A stretch of DNA of 64,000 nt from Thermoplasmata archaeon (GTDB taxonomy: Archaea; Thermoplasmatota; Thermoplasmata; Lutacidiplasmatales; UBA184), in assembly GCA_049584655.1 (NCBI GenBank), contig JBAUYF010000007.1:27288-91287 (forward strand). The letters run 5' to 3'. This document shows positions 37,045-46,840 of this stretch, piece after piece. The notes under the pieces were generated by a model that was not told the origin of the DNA, did not search any database, and saw nothing but the letters and a program-made list of their open reading frames with translations. The translations under genes were made by a program, and so were the position numbers. The number at the start of each line of letters is the position of its first letter. The stretch's first letter is position 1.

Positions 37045-38920
37045 TTTTCGATACGAGCCAGGGCGCGACGTAAAGCAGGATCAGGACGAAGGCGACGAGG
37101 CCCGTGACGACATAGGCGGCGTAGTCCGAGACAACTCCACTCTGCAGTGTCCTCGCCTGCCGCGAGAGAGCCGCGAACATCCGTTCGAACCCGCGAATGG
37201 TGCCGTCGATTACGTAGCGGTCCACGAAATCGGCGAGTCGCGCGAGGGCGTAGACCCCCTTCTCACCGATCGCGTCGTACGCGTCCTTCACGTAATACCG
37301 ATTGAGGAGCAACCGCCGAATCGACTGCGCAGGCGAACCCTCGGGTAGCACGTAGACCCGTCCATTGCCCCAGAGCACGAACGCCGTGAGTATACCCGCG
37401 AGTCCGAGCACGACTGATCCTACGGAGAGCAGGATCTCCGTTGTACCGTATCCCGGAGGAATACCGGCCCCCGTGAGGAGCGATGCGAATCCAGGAGAGA
37501 AGATCAAGAGACCCGCTACGACGGCGAGTGCCGAGAGGATGAGCATGGGGATCCGCATCGCCCAGGGCGCCTCGTGAGCCTCCGGAAGAGTTGGATCCCG
37601 CGGGGAATCCCCGCTGAACGTCAGGAACCATACCCGGAAAATGTAGTACGCCGTGAGAAAAACGGACGCGAAAGCGAGGAGGAAGAATGGCCAGTAGAGG
37701 GGGTGGCTCCCGAGCTGGAGATAGACCGAAGCCAGCACGTCATCTTTGCTCCAGAACCCGGCGAACGGAGGGATCCCGGCGAGCGCCAAGCCACCGATCG
37801 CAAACGCGGCCGCGGTGAATTTCATCGGCTTGCGGAGCCCGCCCATCTTGAACAGGTCCTGCGTGCCGATGGCGTGAATGACGGCGCCCGCGGAGAGGAA
37901 AAGAAGAGCCTTGAAGAACGCATGGGTGAAGAGATGGAACATCCCGACCATCGCAAAGCCGGCGCCGACGGCCATCACCATGTAGCCGAGTTGGGAGATC
38001 GTCGAGTACGCGATGACCCGCTTGATGTCGGGATGCACGACCGCCATCGAGGCGGCGTAGAACGTGGTGAAACCGCCGATCGCGACGATCGCGAGCGAAT
38101 CGATCGACGTGAAACCGATGAAGAGCGACGTGACGGCCAGCAGGTAGACGCCCGCCGCCACCATCGTCGCCGCGTGAATGAGCGCCGAAACGGTGGTCGG
38201 CCCTTCCATGGCGTCGGGCAGCCAAACATCGAGGGGGAACTGGGCGGACTTACCGGCAGCGCCGGCGAGGATCATCAGGCCGGCGAGCGTGATGAGTGGG
38301 GCTGTGCTGGTGGCGCCGACGAGGAAGGATTGCCCCCCACTCACGAAAATAAATCCATTCGCGGCCCAACCGCCATTCGGGCCGGAGAGGGCGTAGACCT
38401 GGAAGTAGATGAAAATCCCGAGCAGAAACAACACATCGCCGATCCGCGTGACGAGGAACGCCTCCTTGGCCGCACTTGCCGCGCTGGGCCGGGAATAGTA
38501 GAATCCAATGAGGAAGTACGAGCAGACGCCGACCAACTCCCAAAAGACAAAGAACTGGAGGAGGTTATCCGCCAGGACCAGTCCGGTCATAGCTGCGAGG
38601 AACAGCGAGAGCTCCGCGTAGTAGCGGGGGAGACCCTCCTCGTGATGCATGTAGCCGATCGAATACAGCATGACGAGGAATCCGACCACCGTCACGACGA
38701 TGAGCATCAGGGCCGAGACCGGGTCGACTAGGATCCCCATCACGAGGGAGAATCCGTTCGGGAACGTGCCGGGAGACCCGGCGAGGTGGATCCACGTGTA
38801 GCTTTGTTGGAAGTAATGGCCGGGACTCAGGATCTCGGCGACCGCGACGAGCACGCCGATGACCATCGAAACGCCGGACGCGCCCACGGCGATCCATCCG
38901 CCCCACTCGAGGCGGCGCAT
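37031..38920 (-). CDS. nuoL: NADH-quinone oxidoreductase subunit L
   Basis: 629 aa with LPDAMEGPTTVSALIHAATMV. The conserved TM1 (FLVPLLPALAFVLIGLLG) is encoded in-frame upstream of ATG 38920 with no canonical start codon. Confidence 0.8.
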   Translation of the reverse strand: MRRLEWGGWIAVGASGVSMVIGVLVAVAEILSPGHYFQQSYTWIHLAGSPGTFPNGFSLVMGILVDPVSALMLIVVTVVGFLVMLYSIGYMHHEEGLPRYYAELSLFLAAMTGLVLADNLLQFFVFWELVGVCSYFLIGFYYSRPSAASAAKEAFLVTRIGDVLFLLGIFIYFQVYALSGPNGGWAANGFIFVSGGQSFLVGATSTAPLITLAGLMILAGAAGKSAQFPLDVWLPDAMEGPTTVSALIHAATMVAAGVYLLAVTSLFIGFTSIDSLAIVAIGGFTTFYAASMAVVHPDIKRVIAYSTISQLGYMVMAVGAGFAMVGMFHLFTHAFFKALLFLSAGAVIHAIGTQDLFKMGGLRKPMKFTAAAFAIGGLALAGIPPFAGFWSKDDVLASVYLQLGSHPLYWPFFLLAFASVFLTAYYIFRVWFLTFSGDSPRDPTLPEAHEAPWAMRIPMLILSALAVVAGLLIFSPGFASLLTGAGIPPGYGTTEILLSVGSVVLGLAGILTAFVLWGNGRVYVLPEGSPAQSIRRLLLNRYYVKDAYDAIGEKGVYALARLADFVDRYVIDGTIRGFERMFAALSRQARTLQSGVVSDYAAYVVTGLVAFVLILLYVAPWLVSKIGGG

Positions 38921-39029
38921 CTTGGTGCCGAGCAGTCCGATGAGGACGAAGGCGAGGGCCGGGAGGAGCGGGACGAGGAAAGCGCCTCCGAATACCCAAT
39001 CGAGCGACCCGTTCGTTGTTCGATCCCTC

Positions 39030-39347
39030 CTATAGTTTGAGTTGCGTCGCTTCGCCGACGTTGATCGAACCGCGGAGCCGGTTGAGGGCGAGCACGATCG
39101 CGAGACCTACGGCAACCTCGGTGGCGGCGAGGCCGATCAGTACTACGGCGATCGATTGACCGTTCAAGCCGGACGGCGCGGGGAGAAAAGCCGCAAAGTA
39201 CACGAAATTGAGGATCGTGGCATTCATGCCGATCTCGATGGCGATCAGGAGAAGAATGAAGTTCCGGCGCGTCAGGATCCCGAAGATTCCCACGCCGAGC
39301 AAGGACGCGGAAAGCGCCAGAAATCCCGCCAACGGAAGGGTCGTCAT
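39030..39347 (-). CDS. nuoK: NADH-quinone oxidoreductase subunit K
   Basis: 105 aa from ATG (cat 39345-39347), MTTLPLAGFLAL.... ATGA overlap with the nuoJ stop. Confidence 0.8.
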   Translation of the reverse strand: MTTLPLAGFLALSASLLGVGIFGILTRRNFILLLIAIEIGMNATILNFVYFAAFLPAPSGLNGQSIAVVLIGLAATEVAVGLAIVLALNRLRGSINVGEATQLKL

Positions 39348-39889
39348 TCGCGGCCCTCCCGAACAAGGTACAGCGCGCCGCTCAAGGCCGCGAGCATGAC
39401 CAGGCCCAGCAGGATGAGCCACGCGCCATTCGCATTGAACAGGTTGGCGGAGAGAAGGGTGGGGTCGTAGGTCTGGATCGACGTCGAGGATTGCGGAAGC
39501 TCGCTCAGTACCGAGCCGACCATGATGACCACGAGCACGGCGAGCGCGACGGGGATCGGGCCGATGCCCGTCGCCGCATCGCGGGAGAAGATCCGTTTAC
39601 GCGTGACCATCACCCCGAAGAGAAGGAGAATCGTGACGGCGCCCGCGTAGACGCCAAGTTGGAGTACTCCGAGGAAAGGCGCCTCGAGGAGGAAGTAGAT
39701 CGCCGAGAGATCGATGAAGAAGAGCGCGACCCAGAGGATGGTGTGCACAAGCTCGCGGACGAGCAGCGCCAAGATGGCCGTGACGACGGCGACGACGCCG
39801 AGCGCGGCGAATGCCACCAGCTCCAGGTTCACGAGTGAGTCCCCCAGAAGAGACACTCCTTGGGGCAGACCGAAATGCACGTACCGCAT
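39344..39889 (-). CDS. nuoJ: NADH-quinone oxidoreductase subunit J
   Basis: Hydrophobic and about 170 aa. The true start is probably about 18 codons downstream of the track start. Confidence 0.75.
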   Translation of the reverse strand: MRYVHFGLPQGVSLLGDSLVNLELVAFAALGVVAVVTAILALLVRELVHTILWVALFFIDLSAIYFLLEAPFLGVLQLGVYAGAVTILLLFGVMVTRKRIFSRDAATGIGPIPVALAVLVVIMVGSVLSELPQSSTSIQTYDPTLLSANLFNANGAWLILLGLVMLAALSGALYLVREGRE

Positions 39890-40632
39890 CGGACGCAGTC
39901 GGAGTCGTTGATGACCGGCTCCTTCCAGATTCGCTTCGTTTGCTTTTCACCGGGCTTCGGCTCCGGCTTCGGGATGTCGAGCATCGTGATGCACTGTGTC
40001 GGGCAGTCCCGCGAGCACGCGTTGCAGCCGATGCAGAGGGGGGGGTCGAGCAGGATGGCGTCCTCGTTGGCCGGACGCTCCAAGCGGATCGGGTTCATGG
40101 GCAGCTTGCGCTCGAAGATCTCGAACATCTTTTGCGGCGTGTAGACCATCTCCGAGCGCCGCGTCACGGAGAGTTCGTACTTCGTGGTCATCGTGAGGCA
40201 GCCCTCGGGGCACGCGTCGGAGCAGAACCCGCAGTAGCTGCATTTTCCGTAGTCGATCTGCGGGCACTTTTTCGGGTGCTTGGGGTCGCCGCCCGGGACC
40301 GAGACCATCTCGATGCAAATGTCCGGACAACTGAAGGCACAGAGGTTGCACGAGATGCAGGTGTTGATGTTCAGGGCGTGCACCCCGCGATAATTGTCCC
40401 ACACCTGCCCGACGCCGAACGGCTTCCCCGAGGCAACGCGCAATTCGTCCCGGAATTTCGGATCTTCGAGCCGCTCGAACGGATAGACGATCGTCGACGG
40501 GCGGATGAGGCTCTTCGCAAACTGCCGGGCGGCGGTGGCCAGCGGTTTGACAACGTAGAGGATCGGGTTGTCGTCGCTCGCCGTTTTCTGGGTGCTGTTG
40601 GTTGCCATGTGCTCCGTTCCTTTAGCCACCAA
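39829..40632 (-). CDS. nuoI: NADH-quinone oxidoreductase subunit I with four 4Fe-4S ferredoxin motifs
   Basis: CISCNLCAFSCP, CSYCGFCSDACP, CIGCNACSRDCP and CVRCGTCISVCP. This is twice the usual two clusters. Confidence 0.8.
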   Translation of the reverse strand: MVAKGTEHMATNSTQKTASDDNPILYVVKPLATAARQFAKSLIRPSTIVYPFERLEDPKFRDELRVASGKPFGVGQVWDNYRGVHALNINTCISCNLCAFSCPDICIEMVSVPGGDPKHPKKCPQIDYGKCSYCGFCSDACPEGCLTMTTKYELSVTRRSEMVYTPQKMFEIFERKLPMNPIRLERPANEDAILLDPPLCIGCNACSRDCPTQCITMLDIPKPEPKPGEKQTKRIWKEPVINDSDCVRCGTCISVCPKECLFWGTHS

Positions 40633-41752
40633 TGCTCGGGACGCAACCGAATACGGGTAGGCATTTCACGAGGACTACGACGGCCGCGAGAACGACGCTG
40701 AGGAGGGCCAGTGGGATCATTCGGTTCCACCCCACGCGCAAGAGCTGGTCGGTGCGCACGCGCGGCAACGAGGCCCGGATCCAGACGAAGACGCCAAACA
40801 CGGCGTAGGTTTTGATCATGAACCAGAAGATGCCCGCGAGGGGAAAGTTGGTGAGCGCGCTCGGGACGTACGACGGGAGCGTCCATCCGCCGAGAAACAA
40901 CAGGACGACGAGGATGCTCCCGACGAGGGCGCGGAGGTAATCCGCGAGCATGAAGAACGCGAAGAGCATGCCCCCGTACTCGGTGTTCCAGCCCTCGACA
41001 AGCTCAGCTTCGGCCTCCGGTAGGTCGAAGGGAATGCGTTCCATCTCGGCGAGCATTCCGGCGACGAAGACGATCAGGGCGATGAAGAGGGGTCCCCAGA
41101 ACCAGTAATTCTGTTGTTCGAGCACGATCGTGTTCAGATCGAAGCTCCCGGCAAGCACGATCACGGCGACGACGGCCAGAAGCAGCGGCACCTCGTAGGC
41201 GATCATCTGCGCCGCCGAGCGCATGCCGCCCATGAGCGAGTACTTGTTGTTGCTCGACCACGCACTGATGAAAATGAAGAGGGGAGCGAACGAGAAGATC
41301 GCCAACGCGAGGAGCAAGCTCAGCGGGAGCGCCCCACTGTTCCATCCGGTCGAAATCGGGAGGACGCCAAAGATCACGAGCGACGTGACCATGTAGGCCG
41401 TGGGTCCCGAGAAGAAACCGAGAGCGTCGGCCTCGCGCGGCTTGAACGTCTGCTTATGGAACAACTTGAGCCCGTCCGCAAAATTCTGCAACAGGCCGGC
41501 GTAGCCGACATGCATCGCGCCCCGCCGGTCCATGAAGCGGCCCAAGAGCTTGCGTTCCCACCAGATGAGCAGGATCGTGTTGAGCATGCTGGCGGCGAGC
41601 AGGATCGCGGCAAAGATCAGGACCGCGATCGTGAGAATCAAACCGCTGTTCGTGATCCAGTCGCTGAGTGGGGCCGGGAGCACGGAGCCGAGGGCATGGA
41701 AGAGGGTGTTCGAGAGGAAGAACGCCACCGAAAACAACGAATCAGAGGTCAT
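40622..41752 (-). CDS. nuoH: NADH-quinone oxidoreductase subunit H
   Basis: 376 aa with 8 TM segments. NuoH/ND1 motifs are present (WERKLLGRFMDRRG, GYAGLLQNFADGLK). Confidence 0.85.
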   Translation of the reverse strand: MTSDSLFSVAFFLSNTLFHALGSVLPAPLSDWITNSGLILTIAVLIFAAILLAASMLNTILLIWWERKLLGRFMDRRGAMHVGYAGLLQNFADGLKLFHKQTFKPREADALGFFSGPTAYMVTSLVIFGVLPISTGWNSGALPLSLLLALAIFSFAPLFIFISAWSSNNKYSLMGGMRSAAQMIAYEVPLLLAVVAVIVLAGSFDLNTIVLEQQNYWFWGPLFIALIVFVAGMLAEMERIPFDLPEAEAELVEGWNTEYGGMLFAFFMLADYLRALVGSILVVLLFLGGWTLPSYVPSALTNFPLAGIFWFMIKTYAVFGVFVWIRASLPRVRTDQLLRVGWNRMIPLALLSVVLAAVVVLVKCLPVFGCVPSIGG

Positions 41753-41768
41753 CGCGCCGGCTCCCTCC

Positions 41769-42914
41769 CTAGCGGTCGGACTCCCCGACGCAGACGTCCA
41801 CGCTGCCCATGATCGGCGGAATGTCCGCGACGCGATAGCCGATCATATACTGCTTGGAGGCGCTCAAGTTCGCAAAGACGGGGGACCGGAATTTCACGCG
41901 ATACGGATGTTCCGCCCCTTCGTTGACCACGTACGCCTGCGCTTCCCCATGCGGCTCTTCGACCGACGAAAAACCGATGCCCTTGGGGTAATTCCTCTTG
42001 AGCAGGTAGCCCTCCTTACCGACGGGGGCGTAGGGGGCACCGAGCCAGCGGGGCAACGGAGACGCCAGTACGGGACCGGGATGTTTCTCGAGCCAAGTTA
42101 GGATCTGGCGAATGATGTTGACGGACTGTCGAAGTTCCTCCATCCGGACAAGGTAGCGGCCCGTCACATCCGCGCTATCGGCCTGGGCGACTTCGAAATT
42201 AACCTGCCCGTAGGCGGAATACGGCCGATCGCGGCGCAGGTCACGGGCGACGCCGGCCGAGCGGAGCATCGGTCCGGTGACTCCGTGCGCGACACAGTCA
42301 TTGGCCTTGAGCACACCGAGACCATCGCACCGCCGGCGAAAGATCGTCGATCCCATGCACAGGCGGTCGTATTCGACGAACCGGTCGTCCAACCAGTCGA
42401 GAACCTTCCGCGCCTGGTCGATGAATCCGTTGGGGAGGTCGTTGCGAACGCCGCCCACGCGCATGTATTCGTAGGTCAATCGACCGCCGGTGTAGCTCTG
42501 GAATAGGTCGAGAACCAAGTCGCGGTCTCGCATCCCATAGAGGAACGGGCTCATCAGCCCCAGGTCCTGCACGAACGCCGCGTACCACATCAGATGCGAC
42601 GCGATGCGTTGGAATTCATCGGACATCGTCCGAATGAACTCGGCCCGTTCCGGCGGATCGATATGGAGCGACTTTTCGGCCGCCAGAATATAGAGATGCT
42701 CCCAGGCCATGCCGGCAACGTAGCAGCAACGGTCCATCAGCGTGATGACCTCGTTATAATGGCGGTCCTCGCTGATCTTTTCGATCCCGCGATGCAAGTA
42801 GCCCATTTCCGGGTCCACGTCGAGAATGATCTCGCCATCGATCTTGACCCGAAGGTTCCAGAGACCATGGGTCATGGGGTGCTGAGGCCCCATATTGATC
42901 CACATTTCAGACAT
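41769..42914 (-). CDS. nuoD: NADH-quinone oxidoreductase subunit D (49 kDa)
   Basis: MSEMWINMGPQHPMTHGLWNLRV...RGIEKI.... ATG (cat 42912-42914). Confidence 0.85.
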   Translation of the reverse strand: MSEMWINMGPQHPMTHGLWNLRVKIDGEIILDVDPEMGYLHRGIEKISEDRHYNEVITLMDRCCYVAGMAWEHLYILAAEKSLHIDPPERAEFIRTMSDEFQRIASHLMWYAAFVQDLGLMSPFLYGMRDRDLVLDLFQSYTGGRLTYEYMRVGGVRNDLPNGFIDQARKVLDWLDDRFVEYDRLCMGSTIFRRRCDGLGVLKANDCVAHGVTGPMLRSAGVARDLRRDRPYSAYGQVNFEVAQADSADVTGRYLVRMEELRQSVNIIRQILTWLEKHPGPVLASPLPRWLGAPYAPVGKEGYLLKRNYPKGIGFSSVEEPHGEAQAYVVNEGAEHPYRVKFRSPVFANLSASKQYMIGYRVADIPPIMGSVDVCVGESDR

Positions 42915-43383
42915 GGCGCGTCTTGACCTCCAACTCCTCGGGCTCGTGAAGTTTAAACGACCGAAGCAGCGGATGGAATTGGTATCCATCCGGCATCAGT
43001 AAATGGCGGAGGTCGGGGTGATGGTCGAAGGTGATGTCGACCATTTCCCAGGCCTCCCGCTCATGCCAATTGGCGGACGGCCAGACCGGCGTCGCGCTTT
43101 CGATGTGGGGGTTGTCGGCCGGGAGATCAGAGGAGAGAAGCAGGTATTGCTTTTCCACGTCGGACCACAGAACGTAGAACGCCTCGCGGTGGTCGACCCA
43201 GTCGATTCCACCGACCATCGACAAATGGCGGAAGCCGAGCTGATCGCGTAAGGCGCGGAACACGTCGAGCGCACCTTCCCTGCGAAATCGAACGCGCCCA
43301 ACAAATCCTTCGAACGGCTCGACCCCGAGGAGGCGGTCTCCCACGATGGGAGTCAACCGTCCCGCCACGTCGTCTGGCTGCAT
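42907..43383 (-). CDS. nuoC: NADH-quinone oxidoreductase subunit C (30 kDa)
   Basis: 158 aa. DHHPDLRHLLMPDGYQFHPLLRSF is typical of NuoC. Confidence 0.8.
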   Translation of the reverse strand: MQPDDVAGRLTPIVGDRLLGVEPFEGFVGRVRFRREGALDVFRALRDQLGFRHLSMVGGIDWVDHREAFYVLWSDVEKQYLLLSSDLPADNPHIESATPVWPSANWHEREAWEMVDITFDHHPDLRHLLMPDGYQFHPLLRSFKLHEPEELEVKTRHV

Positions 43384-43421
43384 CTCTCGCTTCCTGGTGT
43401 CTTCGGTTCAGCGCGGAGGGG

Positions 43422-44039
43422 TTACTCCTTCCGTTCGCGGATGAGTTCTTCGAGCACCAAGATCCCGTCCAGCATTGCCTCCGGACGGGGCGGGCAACCC
43501 GCAATGTAAACGTCGACGGGAATCAGTTTGTCTACGCCCGGAACCACCGAATAGGCGGTGCGGAACGGTCCGCCGCCGGTCGCGCAGTTCCCCATCGCGA
43601 TGGCCCACTTCGGCTCCGGCATCTGTTCGTACAGCGTGATCAGCTTGTGGGCGACCTTCCACGTCACGGTGCCGTTAACGATGAGCAGGTCGCACTGTCG
43701 CGGCGAGGAGCGGGGCACCACCCCGAACCGCTCTGCGTCCCATCGCGCCCCGAACGCCGAGGCGAATTCGATCGCGCAGCACGCGAGTCCCCAGTGCAAG
43801 GGGAAGAGGGAATTCCGCCCGGCCCAATTGAATACCGGCCGTACGACCTTGTCATGGGCTTGCTCGGCCAGCAAGGAGGTCAAGGCTTCCTTCGCCGCCG
43901 GGACGAACTCTCGGGCGCGGAGCGTTTCGATCTCCACGAAAGGAACGGCGGGCGCACTCGCCATGGGAAGTTCGTCCGAAGGGGCGGGAGGAGTCGCTAA
44001 CTTGGAGGCAGGGGAAGGAGCTGGGTTGCTGCTGCTCAT
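43422..44039 (-). CDS. nuoB: NADH-quinone oxidoreductase subunit B (PSST, [4Fe-4S])
   Basis: ATG (cat 44037-44039), MSSSNPAP...[12 protein letters not shown]...CATGGGPF...[13 protein letters not shown] overlap with the nuoA stop. Confidence 0.85.
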   Translation of the reverse strand: MSSSNPAPSPASKLATPPAPSDELPMASAPAVPFVEIETLRAREFVPAAKEALTSLLAEQAHDKVVRPVFNWAGRNSLFPLHWGLACCAIEFASAFGARWDAERFGVVPRSSPRQCDLLIVNGTVTWKVAHKLITLYEQMPEPKWAIAMGNCATGGGPFRTAYSVVPGVDKLIPVDVYIAGCPPRPEAMLDGILVLEELIRERKE

Positions 44040-44401
44040 ACCACCCACCGCTTTTCCCCGGACAGCGCGTAGTAGATTCCCGCGATGACGAGCGCCGCGA
44101 ACGCGAAGGCGATGAAGACCGGGTACCAACTGCTGTTGATGCCGCGGAAGGTGAGACCCCAGAGGGCGAGGATGAATCCGATCACATCGACGGCGACAAA
44201 CACGATCGCGAACGTATAGTGCTGCGTGGGGAAATCGATCTGCGCCTCTCCCTCGGCCTCCTCCCCGCACTCATAGGTCGTCAGTTGCAGGTACGACTTA
44301 CGACCCCGCGCGCTCAGTAGGTGGTTCGCCGTGATCGACCCCACGCCGAAAATCGCGGCGACTAATGCGAATACCAGGAACGTGGTGACCCCGGCGTCCA
44401 T
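44036..44401 (-). CDS. nuoA: NADH-quinone oxidoreductase subunit A
   Basis: 121 aa with 3 TM segments. AGGAGG lies 6 nt upstream of the ATG. Confidence 0.85.
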   Translation of the reverse strand: MDAGVTTFLVFALVAAIFGVGSITANHLLSARGRKSYLQLTTYECGEEAEGEAQIDFPTQHYTFAIVFVAVDVIGFILALWGLTFRGINSSWYPVFIAFAFAALVIAGIYYALSGEKRWVV

Positions 44402-44446
44402 CCTATTCCTCCTTCCGGTAGCTCAGACGATATTCTGACCCTTTGA

Positions 44447-44455
44447 GCGTATTTA
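44447..44455 (-). promoter_or_regulatory. Archaeal TATA box (TTAAATA on the minus strand) about 46-54 nt upstream of nuoA
   Basis: Plus strand reads gcgTATTTAAgcg. AT-rich box in a GC-rich background. A GC hairpin at about 44598-44616 (CCGCTCC-tcgg-GAGCGG) further upstream could terminate the crotonase gene. Confidence 0.4.
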
Positions 44456-44674
44456 AGCGATGCCCGCAGTCGGCGGAGAACGACTCGAACTTCGAGGACT
44501 CCATGGGCTCAATTGCCCGGCCGTCGGTCTGGATAGCTCACGTTGAACCTGCTACGTGGCGGGCCAGTTGACTCTCGGAATTCGCGGTGAACCGCTCCTC
44601 GGGAGCGGCGCCCTGAGACTCAATACCTCGGATTGGGAATGTTGCGCGGCCGCTGAAAGGCCCCGACGCCGCCG

Positions 44675-45463
44675 CTAAGGATGGAAGTTCGGTTTTCGTT
44701 TCTCTTGGAACGCGCGAATGCCTTCCGGAAGCTCTCGACCCTGGGCCGCCTCCACCATCCCGCGGCGCTCCAGCATCATCTGAGATTCCAGGCTCTCGGA
44801 AAAAGCGGAGACCATCAGTCGCTTCATCCACCCCCAAGCGAACGTCGGTCCATCGGCGAGCTCTTGCGCCCGTTCCAGCGCCCGGGACGCCAATCGCTCG
44901 GCTGATACTATCTCATGGATCAACCCAAGCTCCCGCGCTCGCTCAGCCGAAATTCGTCCGTTAGAGAACAGGATCTCCTGGGCCAATCCGATCCCGAGGT
45001 AGTGGGGCAGGAAATAGGTCAATCCCCCGTCCGGCACGGCTCCTAGTCCGGGGAATGCGGGTACCATGACGGTCGACTCCGTCCCGATTCTCCAGTCCGC
45101 CGCGAGTGCCAGGGAGAGACCGCCTCCGGCGGCCACTCCAGGGAGCGCGGCCAGGACAGGCTTGTGCATTCCCACGATCTCTCGAATCGCGAGCTCTTGC
45201 TCGCCCGTGAGCTCGTGGAACAGCTCGGCCAGGCGACCCTGGCCCAAGTGCTCGTGCATTGTGGCGACGTCTCCCCCGGCACAAAATGCCTTCCCGGCCC
45301 CGGTCAAGAGGACAGCTCGAGCGGTGGAATCCATCGAGGCTCGCTGGAGCGCTTGGCGAAGTTCCCTCATCGAGGGTACGTCCAGCGCATTCAATCGTTC
45401 AGGCCGGTTGATGCAGATCCGAAGGACAGCGCCCCGATGCTCGACTTCGACCGAACCGTTCAT
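44675..45463 (-). CDS. Enoyl-CoA hydratase/isomerase (crotonase family)
   Basis: LNALDVPSMRELRQAL...LLTGAGKAFCAGGD...GIGLAQEILFSNGRISAERARELGL. Confidence 0.85.
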   Translation of the reverse strand: MNGSVEVEHRGAVLRICINRPERLNALDVPSMRELRQALQRASMDSTARAVLLTGAGKAFCAGGDVATMHEHLGQGRLAELFHELTGEQELAIREIVGMHKPVLAALPGVAAGGGLSLALAADWRIGTESTVMVPAFPGLGAVPDGGLTYFLPHYLGIGLAQEILFSNGRISAERARELGLIHEIVSAERLASRALERAQELADGPTFAWGWMKRLMVSAFSESLESQMMLERRGMVEAAQGRELPEGIRAFQEKRKPNFHP

Positions 45464-45509
45464 GGCGCGTCTCTAAGCTCGAACTTCGATAGAGCTCGAT
45501 AGGTTCCGC

Positions 45510-46763
45510 CTACCCAGTCGAACCGGAAGTCGGTGGGGGTTTCTTGCGGGGGTCCTGGCTTCCGGGCGCCGGAGAACTTACGATTGGGTTGCGGGTGACG
45601 CCCACCGTTCCTTCCGGCGGGGGCGCGAACTCATCCGGGTTGGGAAGCTGAGGCCCGGGAGATGCCGCTTTGGCCCCGCGTCCGGCCGTTCCGTAGGGGG
45701 ATACGATCGAGGCGGACTCGGCCGACTCGGCTTTGATCTCGTCCTCGATGCTCTTGATCTCGGTGAGCAGTTCCTCTTGCTGCGGGATCGGGCCAAGAAC
45801 GTTGTCCATCGAACCGATCTGCCTCTCCAGGTCCTCGAGGGAGTTCAGCGGCCGATCCGGTACCGTGCGCGAGGTTCCCAGGTACTCGGAGGCGCCTTCC
45901 ATCAAGCGTGAAAACTCGAAGGGGAAGAGAATCTTCGTGGCCTGTCCGTTCCCTACGGCGGTAACGGTGTCCAGCGAAAGCACTGTCAAGGCCTTGGCGT
46001 CCAACGTGCTCGCGCCGAGTGCGAGGATTCGGAGGCGCTGGGCTTCTCCTTGCGCCTGAAGGATCGTGGCAACCCGAGCCCCCTCGGCTTCCAGGATCTG
46101 AGACTGTCGAACTCCTTCGGCTTGCAGGATTCGGGACCGCTTCTGCCCTTCGGACACGAGAATCGCGCTTCGCTTCTCTCCGTCCGCTCGGAGCACGGCG
46201 GCGCGACGTTGACGTTCGGCGGAGGTTTGCTCCTCCATCGCCGTCTTGACCGGTCCAACGGGATCCACTTCCTTGATCTCGACCGCTTCGACGCGAACGC
46301 CCCAGCGGTCCGTGGCTTCATCCAGAATATCGCGGAGTCGGGTGTTGATCCTCTCGCGGTTGTACAGAATCTCGTCCAGTTCCATATCGCCGATGATCGA
46401 CCGCAGCGTCGTTTGGGCGAGGGCTACCGTGGCGACGTGGAAGTCCTGGACCTGGAAGATCGCTTTCGGTGCATCGACGACTTTGATGTAAATGATCGCG
46501 TCGACATTCGTGGGAGAGTTGTCCTTGGTGATGACCTCTTGGCGAGGAACTTCCAGCACCTGCGTACGTAGATCGATCTTGAGTACGACCGACAGCGGAC
46601 TGACGATATTGAACCCCGGGTTGATCATCCGCTTGTACGACCCCAAGAGGGTGACAATCCCCTGCTGGTAGGGGTTGATCGTGTAAATCATCCGGCTCAG
46701 GAGCACGAGGATGACAATCACCACGACGATCGCGATGAAGATGATAGTCGTGTAATCGGCCAC
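45510..46763 (-). CDS. SPFH / band-7 (stomatin-prohibitin) family protein with a long coiled-coil and low-complexity C-terminus
   Basis: N-terminal TM, then SPFH core (IVSPLSVVLKIDLRTQVLEVPRQEVITKDN...), then an Ala/Glu/Gln/Arg-rich heptad region. Confidence 0.85.
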   Translation of the reverse strand: MADYTTIIFIAIVVVIVILVLLSRMIYTINPYQQGIVTLLGSYKRMINPGFNIVSPLSVVLKIDLRTQVLEVPRQEVITKDNSPTNVDAIIYIKVVDAPKAIFQVQDFHVATVALAQTTLRSIIGDMELDEILYNRERINTRLRDILDEATDRWGVRVEAVEIKEVDPVGPVKTAMEEQTSAERQRRAAVLRADGEKRSAILVSEGQKRSRILQAEGVRQSQILEAEGARVATILQAQGEAQRLRILALGASTLDAKALTVLSLDTVTAVGNGQATKILFPFEFSRLMEGASEYLGTSRTVPDRPLNSLEDLERQIGSMDNVLGPIPQQEELLTEIKSIEDEIKAESAESASIVSPYGTAGRGAKAASPGPQLPNPDEFAPPPEGTVGVTRNPIVSSPAPGSQDPRKKPPPTSGSTG

Positions 46764-46840
46764 GTCCGCCTCGTCCTAAGTTAGGTTCCCTGGAAGACCG
46801 AAAGGGGTGTAACCTTTCCCCCTGTGCGCACCCATTGAAA

